From NCBI GenBank assembly GCA_050246115.1, contig JBFWWP010000004.1, positions 98,521-162,520 of the forward strand: 64,000 nt of DNA, given 5' to 3'. This DNA is from Planctomycetota bacterium. GTDB taxonomy: Bacteria; Planctomycetota; UBA8108; UBA1146; JAJFFE01. Of the stretch, positions 30,047 through 43,255 are shown in pieces (the first letter of the stretch is position 1; each line of letters opens with the position of its first letter). The notes below the pieces were generated by a model. It saw only the letters and a list, made by a program, of their open reading frames with translations. It made no database searches and was not told where the DNA came from. Position numbers and translations under genes: made by a program.

Positions 30047-31123
30047 TCACGGTTGCCCCGAGGGTTGGCCGGTGCCGTTCCAGAGCGCGTCGTCCGACAC
30101 GAACACCTCGAGCGGCAACCACTCCACTCGACCGTCCCCGAACAACGCACAGCAACCGCCGCGGTGGCGCGCGTGCGGGCGGCTCGGCAGCGTGGGCTCG
30201 CCCAATCCCGGGACCGGTGAGTCGCTCGCCCAAACGGGCGCGAACCCGCTGCCGCTCGACCCCAACGCCGGGATCCGTGGCGGGTCGACGGTGAAGGAGT
30301 GATTCCCGAGAGCGCCCGCATCGAGGTGACTCGGGGGCTGATACGGCGCGACACCCGTGCCGGCCGAGTCCATCAGCACGACCGTGTGAGCTGGATCCGC
30401 GATCTCGGACGAGCGCACGGGGTAGCGGCGTCGACGGGGCTCTCCGGCCGGACCGTGATCCACGACGCGGGCATCGCCCAGGTACTGGTGGTTGTAGCCG
30501 TAGGCGCCATTGCGTCCAACCGGCCAATGGGCCACCGTCGGACAGCGAAAGACATCGGGAAACACGCGCTGCTCGGCGTCATCCTCCGAAGGCAAGACGC
30601 TGCGTGATGCCACGCCGCTCGCGGGGTCTATCATGGCGCGACCTTGGCCCGAGGAGGAGGCTCCCGGCGGCGCTCCGAGGTACGGCGCCAGACTATGGTA
30701 CCAACGGCGCCGCTCGACCACCCGCCCGGTGGTGTCGGTGACCTCGATCTCGGCCGCCGGATAGTGCCCATGGTCGGCGACGTACTCGGTTACGGCCTGC
30801 CCGATCTGTCGGAGATTCGACAAACAGACAGTACGGTCCGCACGCTCCAACGCCCCACGCAGCGCCGGGACTGCCATCGCACCGAGGACCGCTAGGATCG
30901 TGATCACCACCAACAACTCGGTCAGCGTGAATCCGTGTTCTTGGCCGGTCGGTAACGGGACGGTTCGCCAAGTGCTCGCTGCGCTCGGGATCGACGTCGG
31001 TCCATTCGCGGCGGTTGGGAACGCGGACGATTCAGTCAACTCAGTGGCTCCTTCCCGAGGTCTCTCGGGAGAGGAAGCACGCGGAGGGCCAGCGCGCCGA
31101 GAAGTCACAAGACTCGCGTTCAC
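30047..31123 (-). CDS. Prepilin-type N-terminal cleavage/methylation protein with H-X9-DG motif (DUF1559-like)
   Basis: GFTLTELLVVITILAVL; CLSNLRQIG; FRCP; YGYN; RHRGGCCALFGDG. Start uncertain. Confidence 0.85.
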   Translation of the reverse strand: MNASLVTSRRAGPPRASSPERPREGATELTESSAFPTAANGPTSIPSAASTWRTVPLPTGQEHGFTLTELLVVITILAVLGAMAVPALRGALERADRTVCLSNLRQIGQAVTEYVADHGHYPAAEIEVTDTTGRVVERRRWYHSLAPYLGAPPGASSSGQGRAMIDPASGVASRSVLPSEDDAEQRVFPDVFRCPTVAHWPVGRNGAYGYNHQYLGDARVVDHGPAGEPRRRRYPVRSSEIADPAHTVVLMDSAGTGVAPYQPPSHLDAGALGNHSFTVDPPRIPALGSSGSGFAPVWASDSPVPGLGEPTLPSRPHARHRGGCCALFGDGRVEWLPLEVFVSDDALWNGTGQPSGQP

Positions 31124-31301
31124 GGCTCCCTGAGCGTTGGCTCCCGCTTCAGGTCGTGCGGCCGTGGTCGTCCGGGTGTGGACAACCGTACGGATGCGGC
31201 CGATCGTCGAGGGCGGTTCGCGGCGCGGTTGAACTCGGGCAGCTCACTGCATCTCGGGTGCGGGCGAAACTCAGGACGGGGAGACTCTCCGGGGCGACTC
31301 C

Positions 31302-31952
31302 TCAGCTCTTTGCCTTTTTTGCGCGACCGCGTGCCGCCCACTTCTTGCCGACGAACGGCACGGCCTCTTTGGCGCGGGTCCAGTCGAGCCACAGGTGGTT
31401 CGCGATGCCCCAAGCCTCGGCCAGCCCCCACGCTGCGATCAGAATCAAAAAGCCAGCGACGATCAGCATCGGGTGGATACGGAGCCCCTGATCGTCGATT
31501 GCCGTGAGGGTCGCCCCATCCTGCGGTACGGGCTTCCCCTTCGAAGCGCGCCACATGCTGATCGCCCACTGCGCGCCGACGAAGCAAATCACGGCGTAGG
31601 CCACCGAGATGAAGAACTTGCGAGTGAGGCGACCCTCTTCCTCGATGCGGGCAGCGACTTCCTCGCGAAGATCGTCGTCGGACTTGCGGCGCTCGGCGTA
31701 GGGTCCTTCTTCGAAGACGACTAGCTTGCACTCGGGACACTTACTGACGTGCCGGACCAGCTTGACCAGTTCGTCCGGCGACAACGCATGCGACTCGTGA
31801 GGAGGGCGGCGGAAACGATCGGCCTTGGTGCGATCGAGGACACCGGTCAGTTCGGAGTCGATCGTCAACCCCGCGATGGGGGCCGCACCCTGACGATGCT
31901 GGAAGAGCCTGTGGTACAAGGCATAGAGATCTTGGGGATCGACGTGGGCCAT
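31302..31952 (-). CDS. Hypothetical membrane protein with an HxxxCxxC (zf-HC2-like) motif
   Basis: HVSKCPEC followed by two TM helices; start set at MAHVDP. Confidence 0.6.
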   Translation of the reverse strand: MAHVDPQDLYALYHRLFQHRQGAAPIAGLTIDSELTGVLDRTKADRFRRPPHESHALSPDELVKLVRHVSKCPECKLVVFEEGPYAERRKSDDDLREEVAARIEEEGRLTRKFFISVAYAVICFVGAQWAISMWRASKGKPVPQDGATLTAIDDQGLRIHPMLIVAGFLILIAAWGLAEAWGIANHLWLDWTRAKEAVPFVGKKWAARGRAKKAKS

Positions 31953-32147
31953 GGGTTCGACTCGCTGCTTGGCTGGTGAATTGCCGGACACCTGGAAATC
32001 GACCCGGCGCCCCGACGAGGAACAAACCACCCGGATCGCACACAGAACGCGCGCAGCGTTGGCGGCCGAGCGCAGAAACCGGCAGTATAGGAGCCGCGCG
32101 CCGGCCTCGGTAAGGTTTTTCTGGCGCCTGGCCCGAGGAGGTAGCCT

Positions 32148-32879
32148 TTGGATCCCAGCACGCCGGCCCCGATGCTCCAACGCGGCGAGCATCCGTTCAC
32201 GCAGCCCTGTGGGTACCTCTGGCGCAGCGGCGGCCCGACCCCGAGCGGAGCGGCCCTCCTGGTTGCCCTCCACGGCATGGGGATGACCGCCGAGAAGTTC
32301 GCGCGGGTCCTGCGTCACCTGCCGCCCACCGACCGCGGGCTGCTGATACCCGACGGACCTTACCCCTACGAAATGCGGTCCGCGGATGGTATTCAGGTGG
32401 GTCGGGCGTGGTACATCTACCGCGGCGACCAAGACGAGTTCCGTGAGCATCTGCTGCGCAGCGAGGCGTATCTGCTCGCGTTGCTCGACACCCTCGCCCT
32501 GCGCGAGCCGATCGCGGCCCGGCGAACGGTCCTCGTGGGCTTCAGCCAAGGCGGGTACCTCGCGGGCTTCGTCGCGTGTCGGCACCCGGAGCGATTCGCC
32601 GGCTTGGTCATCGCGTCGGCGCGGCTCAAACACGAGTTCTTGAGGCCGGAGCTCGAGACTCCGGGGCGGCGGTTGCCACGCGCACTGTTCCTGCACTCGG
32701 CAAGCGACGCTCAGATCGACGCTCGACACGCCCACGACGGGGTCGAGCGCCTCCGCGCCGCCGGCGGCGATGCCGAGTTGTTCCTCCATGGCGGAGGACA
32801 TCGGCTGCCGACCGAGGCCTTGAACGAACTCCATCACTGGCTCGAGAGAAAGGGGCTCGATGCTCCAACCGATCAATGA
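32148..32879 (+). CDS. Phospholipase/carboxylesterase (alpha/beta hydrolase)
   Basis: VALHGMG; GRAWY; GFSQG; HSASD; GGH. GAGGAGG RBS before TTG. Confidence 0.85.
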   Translation: MDPSTPAPMLQRGEHPFTQPCGYLWRSGGPTPSGAALLVALHGMGMTAEKFARVLRHLPPTDRGLLIPDGPYPYEMRSADGIQVGRAWYIYRGDQDEFREHLLRSEAYLLALLDTLALREPIAARRTVLVGFSQGGYLAGFVACRHPERFAGLVIASARLKHEFLRPELETPGRRLPRALFLHSASDAQIDARHAHDGVERLRAAGGDAELFLHGGGHRLPTEALNELHHWLERKGLDAPTDQ

Positions 32880-33675
32880 CCGTGTCGAGCAGATTTGGGA
32901 AGCCCTCGAGGCCGGCAACGTCGAGGAGGCCTTCGAGCTGGCAGGGCGTCTCAATCCCGCGCCCGACGAGTACGAAGCACGGCTCGCCGTGGCGGTGACC
33001 CTGCTCGAGGCCGGCAGCGCGCGCGAGGCCTACAGCCGCTTGACCGAGCTCGGCACGGATCCACTCGATGACGACATGGAGTTCGCCCGCCGCGTACACC
33101 TCGGCGAAGCGGCGTACGCCCTCGGCGAAATGGAAGAGGCGTTCGGGCTGTTCGAGAGTCTCGAGCCGAGCGACCCGAGCGAGCAAGCACAACTCTCGTG
33201 GTGGCTGGGTCTGTGTCACGACCACCAAGGGGATAGCGAGCAAGCCGATCGCTGCTTTCGCGACGCACGCGCCGCTGACCCGGAGAGTGTCCCGTTACTG
33301 GTGTCGATCACTCCGGACGAAGTGCGGTCCGTGGTGGAGCGGGTCGCCAAGACGCTGCCGGCGCCGATTGCCAAGTCCTTCGAAGAGGTGCCCGTGGTCA
33401 TCGAGGATCTCCCGGCCCGCGAGATCATCCGCAGTAGCGATGGCGAGGTGCATCCCGACACGCTGGGGCTCTACGTAGGCACGAACCTGCTCGAGCGCTC
33501 GCACATGGCGCCGGACGGACTGCCGCCGACGATCTACATCTACCGCCGCAATCTCGAGCGCTTCGTCGATGATCGAGAAGAACTCGAGCAAGAGATCCGC
33601 ACGACCTTGCTGCATGAGCTGGGCCACCACCTGGGGTACGAGGAAGAGGATCTCGACCGGCTGGGCCTGGCGTAG
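32860..33675 (+). CDS. TPR plus Zincin_1-like metallopeptidase
   Basis: N-terminal TPR-like helices; TLGLYVG; IYIYRRNL; TLLHELGHHLG. Confidence 0.85.
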   Translation: MLQPINDRVEQIWEALEAGNVEEAFELAGRLNPAPDEYEARLAVAVTLLEAGSAREAYSRLTELGTDPLDDDMEFARRVHLGEAAYALGEMEEAFGLFESLEPSDPSEQAQLSWWLGLCHDHQGDSEQADRCFRDARAADPESVPLLVSITPDEVRSVVERVAKTLPAPIAKSFEEVPVVIEDLPAREIIRSSDGEVHPDTLGLYVGTNLLERSHMAPDGLPPTIYIYRRNLERFVDDREELEQEIRTTLLHELGHHLGYEEEDLDRLGLA

Positions 33676-33835
33676 GGACGGTGGGAGAAACGTCGAGCGG
33701 AGCATCGTTCGAGCGGGCGCATTCACCGGCGATTCGCGTCGGCATGGGTTCTCCGACAGCCTCCCGGCCTTGACGTTGAATGCACGGCCCGATCGGTGGG
33801 GCACGCGTTGGCGGCGGCTCGCTACACCGGTGCGT

Positions 33836-35713
33836 TCAATAGTCGGTCAAGGTTTTGGGGCGCAGCGCGACCCGGAGAGCGTTGGTGACCGCGAGCACAT
33901 CGATGATCTCTTGCACCACCGCGCCGGCGACCGGGGGTAGGTATCCGGCAGCCGCGACGAGCATACCCACGATGCTGAGAACCATACCCCCCACGGCACT
34001 CTGCAACAGGATGCGGCGCATCCGTTGGCTGATGTGGAGAAACTCGTCGACCTTGGCGAGCGAGCTGTCGAGGATGACGACGTCGGCCGCCTGGGTGGTC
34101 ACGTCGCTGCGCTCTCCGAACGCAATACCGACCGTGGCCGAGATCAACGCCGGCGCGTCGTTGATCCCGTCGCCCACGAAGATCGTCTCCGCGCGGCTCA
34201 TCTCCTCGCGAACGATCTCCACCTTCCGTTCTGGACTGGAGCTGAAGTAGACGTCGTGGATACCGACCTCCTCGGCCAGGTATCTCACCTCCGATTCACG
34301 ATCCCCCGACACCAGGAGCACTCGGTCGACGCCGTGCCGTGGCCGTAGGTGATTGACGAACAAGGCGCCATCGGAGCGCGGCGTGTCCCGGAATTGAAAC
34401 GTCGCGGCATAACGACCGTCGACGACGACCACGCACTCGAGGCCACCCCGATGCGGGGGCAGGAGCGCGGCCGACTCCGGAAACTCCTCGATGAGCCGCT
34501 GGCGACTCAGGATCCGAACGTGGCGCCCTCCGACCACGCCAGTGAGGCCTTCACCCGGACGTTCTGAGATCTGGCTCGCCTCACGGAGCACGACTCGTGC
34601 CCCGCGCCCGGCCTCGATCATGGCTTGGGCAAGCGGGTGCCGCGAGTACTGCTCGAGGCTGGTCGCCAGCGATAGCGCCTCGTTCGGGTCGAACTCGGGC
34701 GCGGTGCTCTGCCCGATGAGCCGCGGCTTGCCGTACGTGAGGGTTCCGGTCTTGTCGAAGATGATCGTCCGGCAACGATCGACACGCTCGAGCGCCACCG
34801 GATTGCGGACGATGATCGCGCGCTTCGCTGCGAGCGAGATGGAGCCGATGATCGCGACCGGGATGGCGATCAGCAGGGGGCAGGGAGTGGCGACGACGAG
34901 GACCGCGAGGAAGCGCACGGGGTCACCGCAAAGCGCCCACGCGCACAACGCGACCAGGACCGCGAGCGGGGTGTAGAAGGCTCCGAGTCGATCGCCGATG
35001 CGCCGGAGGCGCGGCCGGTGCTGCTCGGATGACTGCATGACCCGCATGATCTTCGCGTAACGGGAGTCCACGGCGAGTCGATCCGCACGAATCGTCAGTA
35101 CCGACTCGCCGTTGATCGCCCCCGAGATCACCGCCGAGCCGGGAGTCTTCGACAGCAAGTACGGCTCGCCGGTGAGATAGGACTCATCCATGACGCTATG
35201 GCCCGCGAGCACGGTGCCGTCGATGGGGCAAGTCTCGTGCGGCATGACCAGCACGACGTCACCGACGGCAACCTCGGACAGCGCGACTTCCTCGACGCGG
35301 GATCCGACCTGGCGATGGGCGATCGATGGCATCCGATCGGCCAGCGCTCTGAGCACCGACGATGCGCTACGAACCGCGTACGCCTCGAGGGTCGCCCCGC
35401 CGGCGAGCATCAAAACGACGAAGGCGCCGGCGAGGTACTCACCGAGCACGATCGAGGTCACGATGGAGAGACCCGCGAGCAAGTCCGAACCGAACTCGCG
35501 GCGCAGGAGCTTTCGGGACAGATCCCATACGAGAGGGACGCCGCCAAGCACCAAGACCGCGAGCAGGGGGACCGCTTGGGCGGTGGTCGAGCTCTCGAGC
35601 CCAAACCGCAAGACCAGGTGCGCGACGATCCCGAGCAGCGCAAGTCCGGCGATCACGGCTTCGCGGAGCGCGCCGGCGACTGGAGCCACGGCGACCGGCG
35701 AGTCGGGACTCAT
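33836..35713 (-). CDS. Heavy-metal-translocating P1B-type ATPase (TPCP/QExxD, P1B-5-like)
   Basis: LTGE, ATPCP, DKTGT, SRHP, GDGINDAPAL and QEIID motifs. Confidence 0.92.
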   Translation of the reverse strand: MSPDSPVAVAPVAGALREAVIAGLALLGIVAHLVLRFGLESSTTAQAVPLLAVLVLGGVPLVWDLSRKLLRREFGSDLLAGLSIVTSIVLGEYLAGAFVVLMLAGGATLEAYAVRSASSVLRALADRMPSIAHRQVGSRVEEVALSEVAVGDVVLVMPHETCPIDGTVLAGHSVMDESYLTGEPYLLSKTPGSAVISGAINGESVLTIRADRLAVDSRYAKIMRVMQSSEQHRPRLRRIGDRLGAFYTPLAVLVALCAWALCGDPVRFLAVLVVATPCPLLIAIPVAIIGSISLAAKRAIIVRNPVALERVDRCRTIIFDKTGTLTYGKPRLIGQSTAPEFDPNEALSLATSLEQYSRHPLAQAMIEAGRGARVVLREASQISERPGEGLTGVVGGRHVRILSRQRLIEEFPESAALLPPHRGGLECVVVVDGRYAATFQFRDTPRSDGALFVNHLRPRHGVDRVLLVSGDRESEVRYLAEEVGIHDVYFSSSPERKVEIVREEMSRAETIFVGDGINDAPALISATVGIAFGERSDVTTQAADVVILDSSLAKVDEFLHISQRMRRILLQSAVGGMVLSIVGMLVAAAGYLPPVAGAVVQEIIDVLAVTNALRVALRPKTLTDY

Positions 35714-35883
35714 GGTCGAACTCCTCCGGCCCCGACTCCGCTGACCCCCAAGCCGTACCTTCGGGAGCACGCGGCGCTGCGGGCGCGAGCACACCTACGA
35801 ACGCGGACGATCCGGACGACCCGAACCTCGCGGCTCCGGCTCGGCGCCGCCCGCGTGGCTACGGGTCGAACTCCTGGAAACGC

Positions 35884-37026
35884 CTAGCGCAGCTTGGCCG
35901 CTGCGGCAGTGTTCTCCCAAGTGAACTGCGGAAGCTCGCGGCCGAAGTGCCCGTGCCGTGCGGTCTCGTAGTAGATCGGACGCATCAGGTCGAGGTACTC
36001 GATCAGGGCGGCCGGCTTCAGCGGGAAGTTGCGCCGTACGATCTGCTCGATCTCCGGGTCGGGAAGGGTCCCGGTTCCGAAGGTATCGACGTAGACCGAA
36101 GTCGGTTCGGCCACGCCAATGGCGTACGAGATCTGCACCTCGCAACGCTTCGCCAGGCCGGCCTTCACGACGTTCTTGGCCACGTGTCGCGCCATGTAGG
36201 CCGCGGAACGATCCACTTTCGACGGGTCTTTGCCGCTGAAGGCACCGCCGCCGTGGCGGCCCGCGCCGCCGTACGTGTCGACGATGATCTTACGGCCGGT
36301 CAATCCACAGTCGCCGTGAGGGCCACCGATCACGAAACGCCCGGTGGGATTGATGAGGAACTTGGTCTCGCCCGTCAGGTACTGCGCGGGTACCACCTTG
36401 CGAATGAGCCTGCTCTCGATCGCTTCCTTGAGCTCTGCCTGCGTGACGTCCTCATTGTGCTGCGAAGAGAGGACGACGGTACTCACGGACACCGGAGTCG
36501 CCCCGTCGTAGTCCACGGTCACCTGCGACTTGGCGTCAGGGCGCAGAAACGGCAGTTCGCCGCTGCGGCGCAGTCGGGCGTGTTCTTCGACCAATCGATG
36601 GGCGAGCTGGATCGGCAGCGGCATCAGCTCCGGGGTCTCGTCGCAGGCGTACCCGAACATGAGTCCTTGATCGCCGGCGCCCTGCTCTTTGTTCACCGAA
36701 GAGTCGACGCCCATGGCGATGTCCGGGGATTGGCGATCGAGCGACACGAGTACCGCGCACGAGTCGCACCCGATGCCGAAGGCCTCGTTGGTGTAACCGA
36801 TCTCGCGCAGGGTACGGCGGACGATGTCGGCGGTCGGGATCACGGCTTTACTGGTGATCTCGCCGGCGATCACCGCCATGCCGGTGCTGACCATGGTTTC
36901 GCAGGCAACGCGACTGCGCGGATCCTGTTCGAGGTAGGCGTCGAGGACTGCATCGGAGATCTGGTCCGCGACCTTGTCGGGATGCCCCATCGATACCGAC
37001 TCGGAGGTGAACTGCTTTCTTCGCAT
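35884..37026 (-). CDS. metK: S-adenosylmethionine synthetase
   Basis: [13 protein letters not shown]; GAGDQG; [16 protein letters not shown]. Confidence 0.97.
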   Translation of the reverse strand: MRRKQFTSESVSMGHPDKVADQISDAVLDAYLEQDPRSRVACETMVSTGMAVIAGEITSKAVIPTADIVRRTLREIGYTNEAFGIGCDSCAVLVSLDRQSPDIAMGVDSSVNKEQGAGDQGLMFGYACDETPELMPLPIQLAHRLVEEHARLRRSGELPFLRPDAKSQVTVDYDGATPVSVSTVVLSSQHNEDVTQAELKEAIESRLIRKVVPAQYLTGETKFLINPTGRFVIGGPHGDCGLTGRKIIVDTYGGAGRHGGGAFSGKDPSKVDRSAAYMARHVAKNVVKAGLAKRCEVQISYAIGVAEPTSVYVDTFGTGTLPDPEIEQIVRRNFPLKPAALIEYLDLMRPIYYETARHGHFGRELPQFTWENTAAAAKLR

Positions 37027-37265
37027 CACGCGACAGTCCTTTCTTCTGTGCGACGGGAACCGAGAACGATCGGCTGGACGGGACGACTCGTCGGCCGTCG
37101 CCGCGGGCAATGCCGGTCCATGGGTTCTTCGGCTTTCCGGACGAGGGTTCTACGGAGCCGCTCTCGGCGGGGCCCCGTCCCCAAGCTCGTAGAGTGTCGT
37201 TCTGGCCACTCCGCCTCCCGCGGGGCGGGCGCGTGGCCGTCCACGGGTTGCTGGGAAAGCGCGGG

Positions 37266-37294
37266 ATCGTAACCTCATGCAGTGCGCAAGGCAA
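37266..37294 (-). promoter_or_regulatory. Putative sigma-70 promoter for metK
   Basis: The minus strand reads TTGCCT-N17-TACGAT, about 240 nt upstream of the metK ATG. Confidence 0.45.
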
Positions 37295-37347
37295 AGGGGC
37301 TCGGCGGCCTATTCTCGGCCGCGCCTGCCTGGGGACCGGATTCCTCG

Positions 37348-38667
37348 TCAATGGGGCTCTCGCAAGGCCCCCTCGGAGCCGCGACCAAGGAGTCGAGCGA
37401 GGATCGCGCCGGCGGTGACGTTCGCTGCGCCGCGGTGGCGCGCCAGGGTCTCCCGGCCACGGCGAACCCGATCGGCGCGCTCCGCGGGGCTCGCGAGGAG
37501 CTGCGCCACGGTATGCGCGAGTCCAGCCGCGTCGACCACTTCTTCGACCGCCCCGCTTGCGCGCAAGCGGTCGACGATCTCCTGGAAGTTGGCCATCGCC
37601 GGGCCATGCAGGGTCGCCGTGCCCGCGAGAAATGGCTCGAGTACGTTGTGACCACCCCGCGGAACCAGGCTGCCGCCCACGAAGGCGACGTCGGCGCACG
37701 CGTAGTGTTGGAGCAGGACTCCGGTCTGGTCGACGACGACCACCTGCGGTGCACGGGGAGACGCCGGCGGCGCGATCGATGAACGACCGACCGTGAAGCC
37801 GCGGGTCTCGGCGAGGGCGGCGACCTCCGCGGCGCGCTCGACATGGCGCGGCGCCAGAATCAGCGTCAGTTCGGGGTGCGCGCCGAGCAGTTCGCGGTGG
37901 ACGCCGAGCACCAGATCCTCTTCGCCGGGATGCGTGCAGCCCGCGATCCAGCGCAGGGCCGCCGGGTAGCTCCACGTGCGCTCGAACTCCCGCCGGCAGG
38001 CCGCGGGCTCCGGAAGTTCGTCGCGGTCGTACTTCAGGTTGCCGACCTCCTGAATGCGCGTCGGCTCGACCCCCAAGTCGCGCAGCCGCTCCCCGTACTC
38101 GGCGTTCTGCACCAACCACCGGTCCACTCGCCGCAGGAACGGCGCGAACGCAAACCGGACCCGCCGCATGCGGCGGTGGCCGCGAGACGAAACCCGACCA
38201 TTCACGACCAAGATGGGTACGCCGCGCTGCTCGCAGAGCAGCACCAGGTTCGGCCACAACTCCAACTCGACCAGCACCAGCAGCGTCGGTGACAGACGCT
38301 GCAGCGCACGTCGTACGCAGAAGCCCAGATCGATCGGCAGCAAGAACACGGTGAGGTCGGGACGGCGCGACCGGGCCAGACGTTGGGCCGTCATGGTGGT
38401 GGTCGACAACACCATGTCGAATGCCGGGCGTGCGGCCTCGAGGCGAGCGATCAAAGACAGCGCTACCTCGAGCTCGCCGACGCTGACGGCGTGCAACCAC
38501 AACCGTGGCCGATCCGGGGCCAGTCGTGGACTCGCCCCCAGGCGCTCCCGCCACGAACCCAGACCACGCCGCTTGGCGAGCACCAGGAACAACAACCAGG
38601 GACCGAGAACGAGCAGGGCGAGGCAGTAGCCCAGGTCGAGCGCTGCGCTGATGAGTCGGTTACGCAT
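37348..38667 (-). CDS. waaA: 3-deoxy-D-manno-octulosonic acid (Kdo) transferase
   Basis: WLHAVSVGE; ELELWPN; VNGRVS; GNLKYD; APRHVER; FVGGSLVPRGGHNVLEP. Confidence 0.93.
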   Translation of the reverse strand: MRNRLISAALDLGYCLALLVLGPWLLFLVLAKRRGLGSWRERLGASPRLAPDRPRLWLHAVSVGELEVALSLIARLEAARPAFDMVLSTTTMTAQRLARSRRPDLTVFLLPIDLGFCVRRALQRLSPTLLVLVELELWPNLVLLCEQRGVPILVVNGRVSSRGHRRMRRVRFAFAPFLRRVDRWLVQNAEYGERLRDLGVEPTRIQEVGNLKYDRDELPEPAACRREFERTWSYPAALRWIAGCTHPGEEDLVLGVHRELLGAHPELTLILAPRHVERAAEVAALAETRGFTVGRSSIAPPASPRAPQVVVVDQTGVLLQHYACADVAFVGGSLVPRGGHNVLEPFLAGTATLHGPAMANFQEIVDRLRASGAVEEVVDAAGLAHTVAQLLASPAERADRVRRGRETLARHRGAANVTAGAILARLLGRGSEGALREPH

Positions 38668-38766
38668 CGGAACGCCGGCACGGGCAGGGCCCGCGAGCAA
38701 CCCTCCCCGGGCCGGCGTCGGGTGGCGGCCACGGATCCCGGCGCCTCGCCGAGCGAGGCGCGACCG

Positions 38767-41388
<2,622 letters not shown>

Positions 41389-41621
41389 GGCGGGTCCTGG
41401 ATTCCTGTCGTACTTCGTGAGGTCGCGGTCCGGCTGGCAAGAAGGCCATCGAACCGCACTGGGGGCGCAAGACGGCCCTCGATCTCGCGCGACTCACCGC
41501 GCTGGCAAACTGACCTGGATCGACGCCACCGCCGTCGTTCCGGCGTGGCCGCCGAAAAAAGGACAAGCGGCCAAGGTAACGGGGAGGGCCGAGCGTTGCC
41601 AGTCGGAGTGTCGGAGCCGGC

Positions 41622-42605
41622 TCACCCGTCGGGCTGGAATGTCCCGACCAGATCGGCGACCCGGAAAATGCCCTCCTCGGCCAGCCAAGTCCGAATCTGC
41701 TCCAGCCATTGCGGCAGACAGGCTGGCTCGCGGTACAAATGCGTTCCCACCTGAACGGCGTGCGCGCCCGCAACCATGAACTCGAGCACGTGCTCCGGGG
41801 CGGTGACGCCGCCGATGCCACAGACGGGGATCTTCACGGCCGTGCTCGCCTCCCACACCATGCGCAGCGCAATGGGGCGGATCGCCGGCCCGGACAGCCC
41901 CCCGGTTGCACGCCCGATGCGCGAGCGGCGGGTCCGCCAGTCGAGCGCCATGGCGCGCAGCGTGTTGATGAGGGACAGCGCGTCGGCGCCACCGTCCTCG
42001 GCTGCGCGCGCCTGCTCCGCGATGTCGGTGACGTTCGGCGTAAGCTTGGCGATCAGCGGCAACCCGGTGCACGGTCGCACCGCCTCGAGGAGCTGGCGCG
42101 TCGCGCGCGGGTCGAGCCCAAAGCGCAGCCCCGCCGTGACGTTTGGACAAGAAACGTTCAACTCCAGGGCGTGGACGGCGGGCTCGGCATCGAGGCGCTC
42201 GGCGAGGTAGCTATAGTCCTCGATCCGGTTGCCGACGATGTTGACGACCACCGGAGCCCCGTAGGCGGCGAGCCGCGGGAGGTACTCGGCGAGGAAGCGC
42301 TCGAGGCCGGGGTTCTGGAGACCAATGGAGTTGAGCAGCCCGGCTGGGGTCTCCACGGTGCGCTGCGGCGGGTTGCCCGGCCGCGGCTCGCGCGAAATGC
42401 TCTTCCCGACGACCGCAGCGAAAGTGCCCGGCGGCACGAACGGCTCGAACTCACGCCCGTATCCAAAAGTTCCGCTCGCCGGCAGGATCGGGTGCGCCAG
42501 CTGGAGCGAACGGTTCGGCCCGTCGATCCGGATCGACAAGTCGACGGTTGGGCCCGCGCTCCCTGGCGCCTCGGCGCGGCCGAGCTCGGACCGCTCACCG
42601 GTCAG
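41622..42605 (-). CDS. pyrD: Dihydroorotate dehydrogenase, family 1 catalytic subunit
   Basis: ASGTFGYG; NSIGLQNPG; ELNVSCPNV; KLTPNVTD; GGLSGPAIRP. The start codon is uncertain (no ATG near the expected start). Confidence 0.9.
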   Translation of the reverse strand: MTGERSELGRAEAPGSAGPTVDLSIRIDGPNRSLQLAHPILPASGTFGYGREFEPFVPPGTFAAVVGKSISREPRPGNPPQRTVETPAGLLNSIGLQNPGLERFLAEYLPRLAAYGAPVVVNIVGNRIEDYSYLAERLDAEPAVHALELNVSCPNVTAGLRFGLDPRATRQLLEAVRPCTGLPLIAKLTPNVTDIAEQARAAEDGGADALSLINTLRAMALDWRTRRSRIGRATGGLSGPAIRPIALRMVWEASTAVKIPVCGIGGVTAPEHVLEFMVAGAHAVQVGTHLYREPACLPQWLEQIRTWLAEEGIFRVADLVGTFQPDG

Positions 42606-42961
42606 AACGACTCTTCCTTCCGCTGGCAATCCACGCAGAACGGAGCCCACGGAATCGCCTTCAGCCGCGCCTTGGGAATGGGCTTCTCGCACATGTCGCA
42701 CACCCCGAACGACCCCTCTTGGAGCCGACCCAGGGCGGCGTCGATCTTCTGGATGACATTCCCTTCGCTCTCGAGCAAGCTGAGCGAGAGATCGGCCTCG
42801 TAGGTCTCGGCGCCGAGGTCGGCGCTATCCCCGCCGGAGCCGCTGCCGCCGATGTCACCGACCCCCTGCTCGAGGTCCTGCATGTTGCCGGTGAGGAAGT
42901 GCCGCTTCTGCAAGAGGAGGGAGCTGAACTCGTCGATTTCCTTCTTGGTCATTTTCTTCAT
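42602..42961 (-). CDS. TraR/DksA C4-type zinc-finger protein
   Basis: Coiled coil with a DSADLG tip; CDMC...RLKAIPWAPFCVDC. Confidence 0.9.
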   Translation of the reverse strand: MKKMTKKEIDEFSSLLLQKRHFLTGNMQDLEQGVGDIGGSGSGGDSADLGAETYEADLSLSLLESEGNVIQKIDAALGRLQEGSFGVCDMCEKPIPKARLKAIPWAPFCVDCQRKEESF

Positions 42962-43255
42962 AGCGAATTCTCGGAGCTTTCTCTGCGGGGGGATCAAAAG
43001 GCCTGCGAAATGCCGCACCTCGAGGCACGCAAGCCAGGGCGAAGACGCCCGGGAGACGACTCACCGGACGAATCTCGCGGGTTGGCGCCAGTCGAGCCGA
43101 TCCGGGATTGCGCATCTGCGCGTCCGCCCTGCACTATATCTTCCAGCAAGGGCTAGAGTTAAGATAACCGCTATCGACTCTTACGACTTCAGGGGAGGAA
43201 TTCTAGGGACCATGTTGGGGCAGATCAACAACGATTTCCCGTTCGTGAGCACGCC

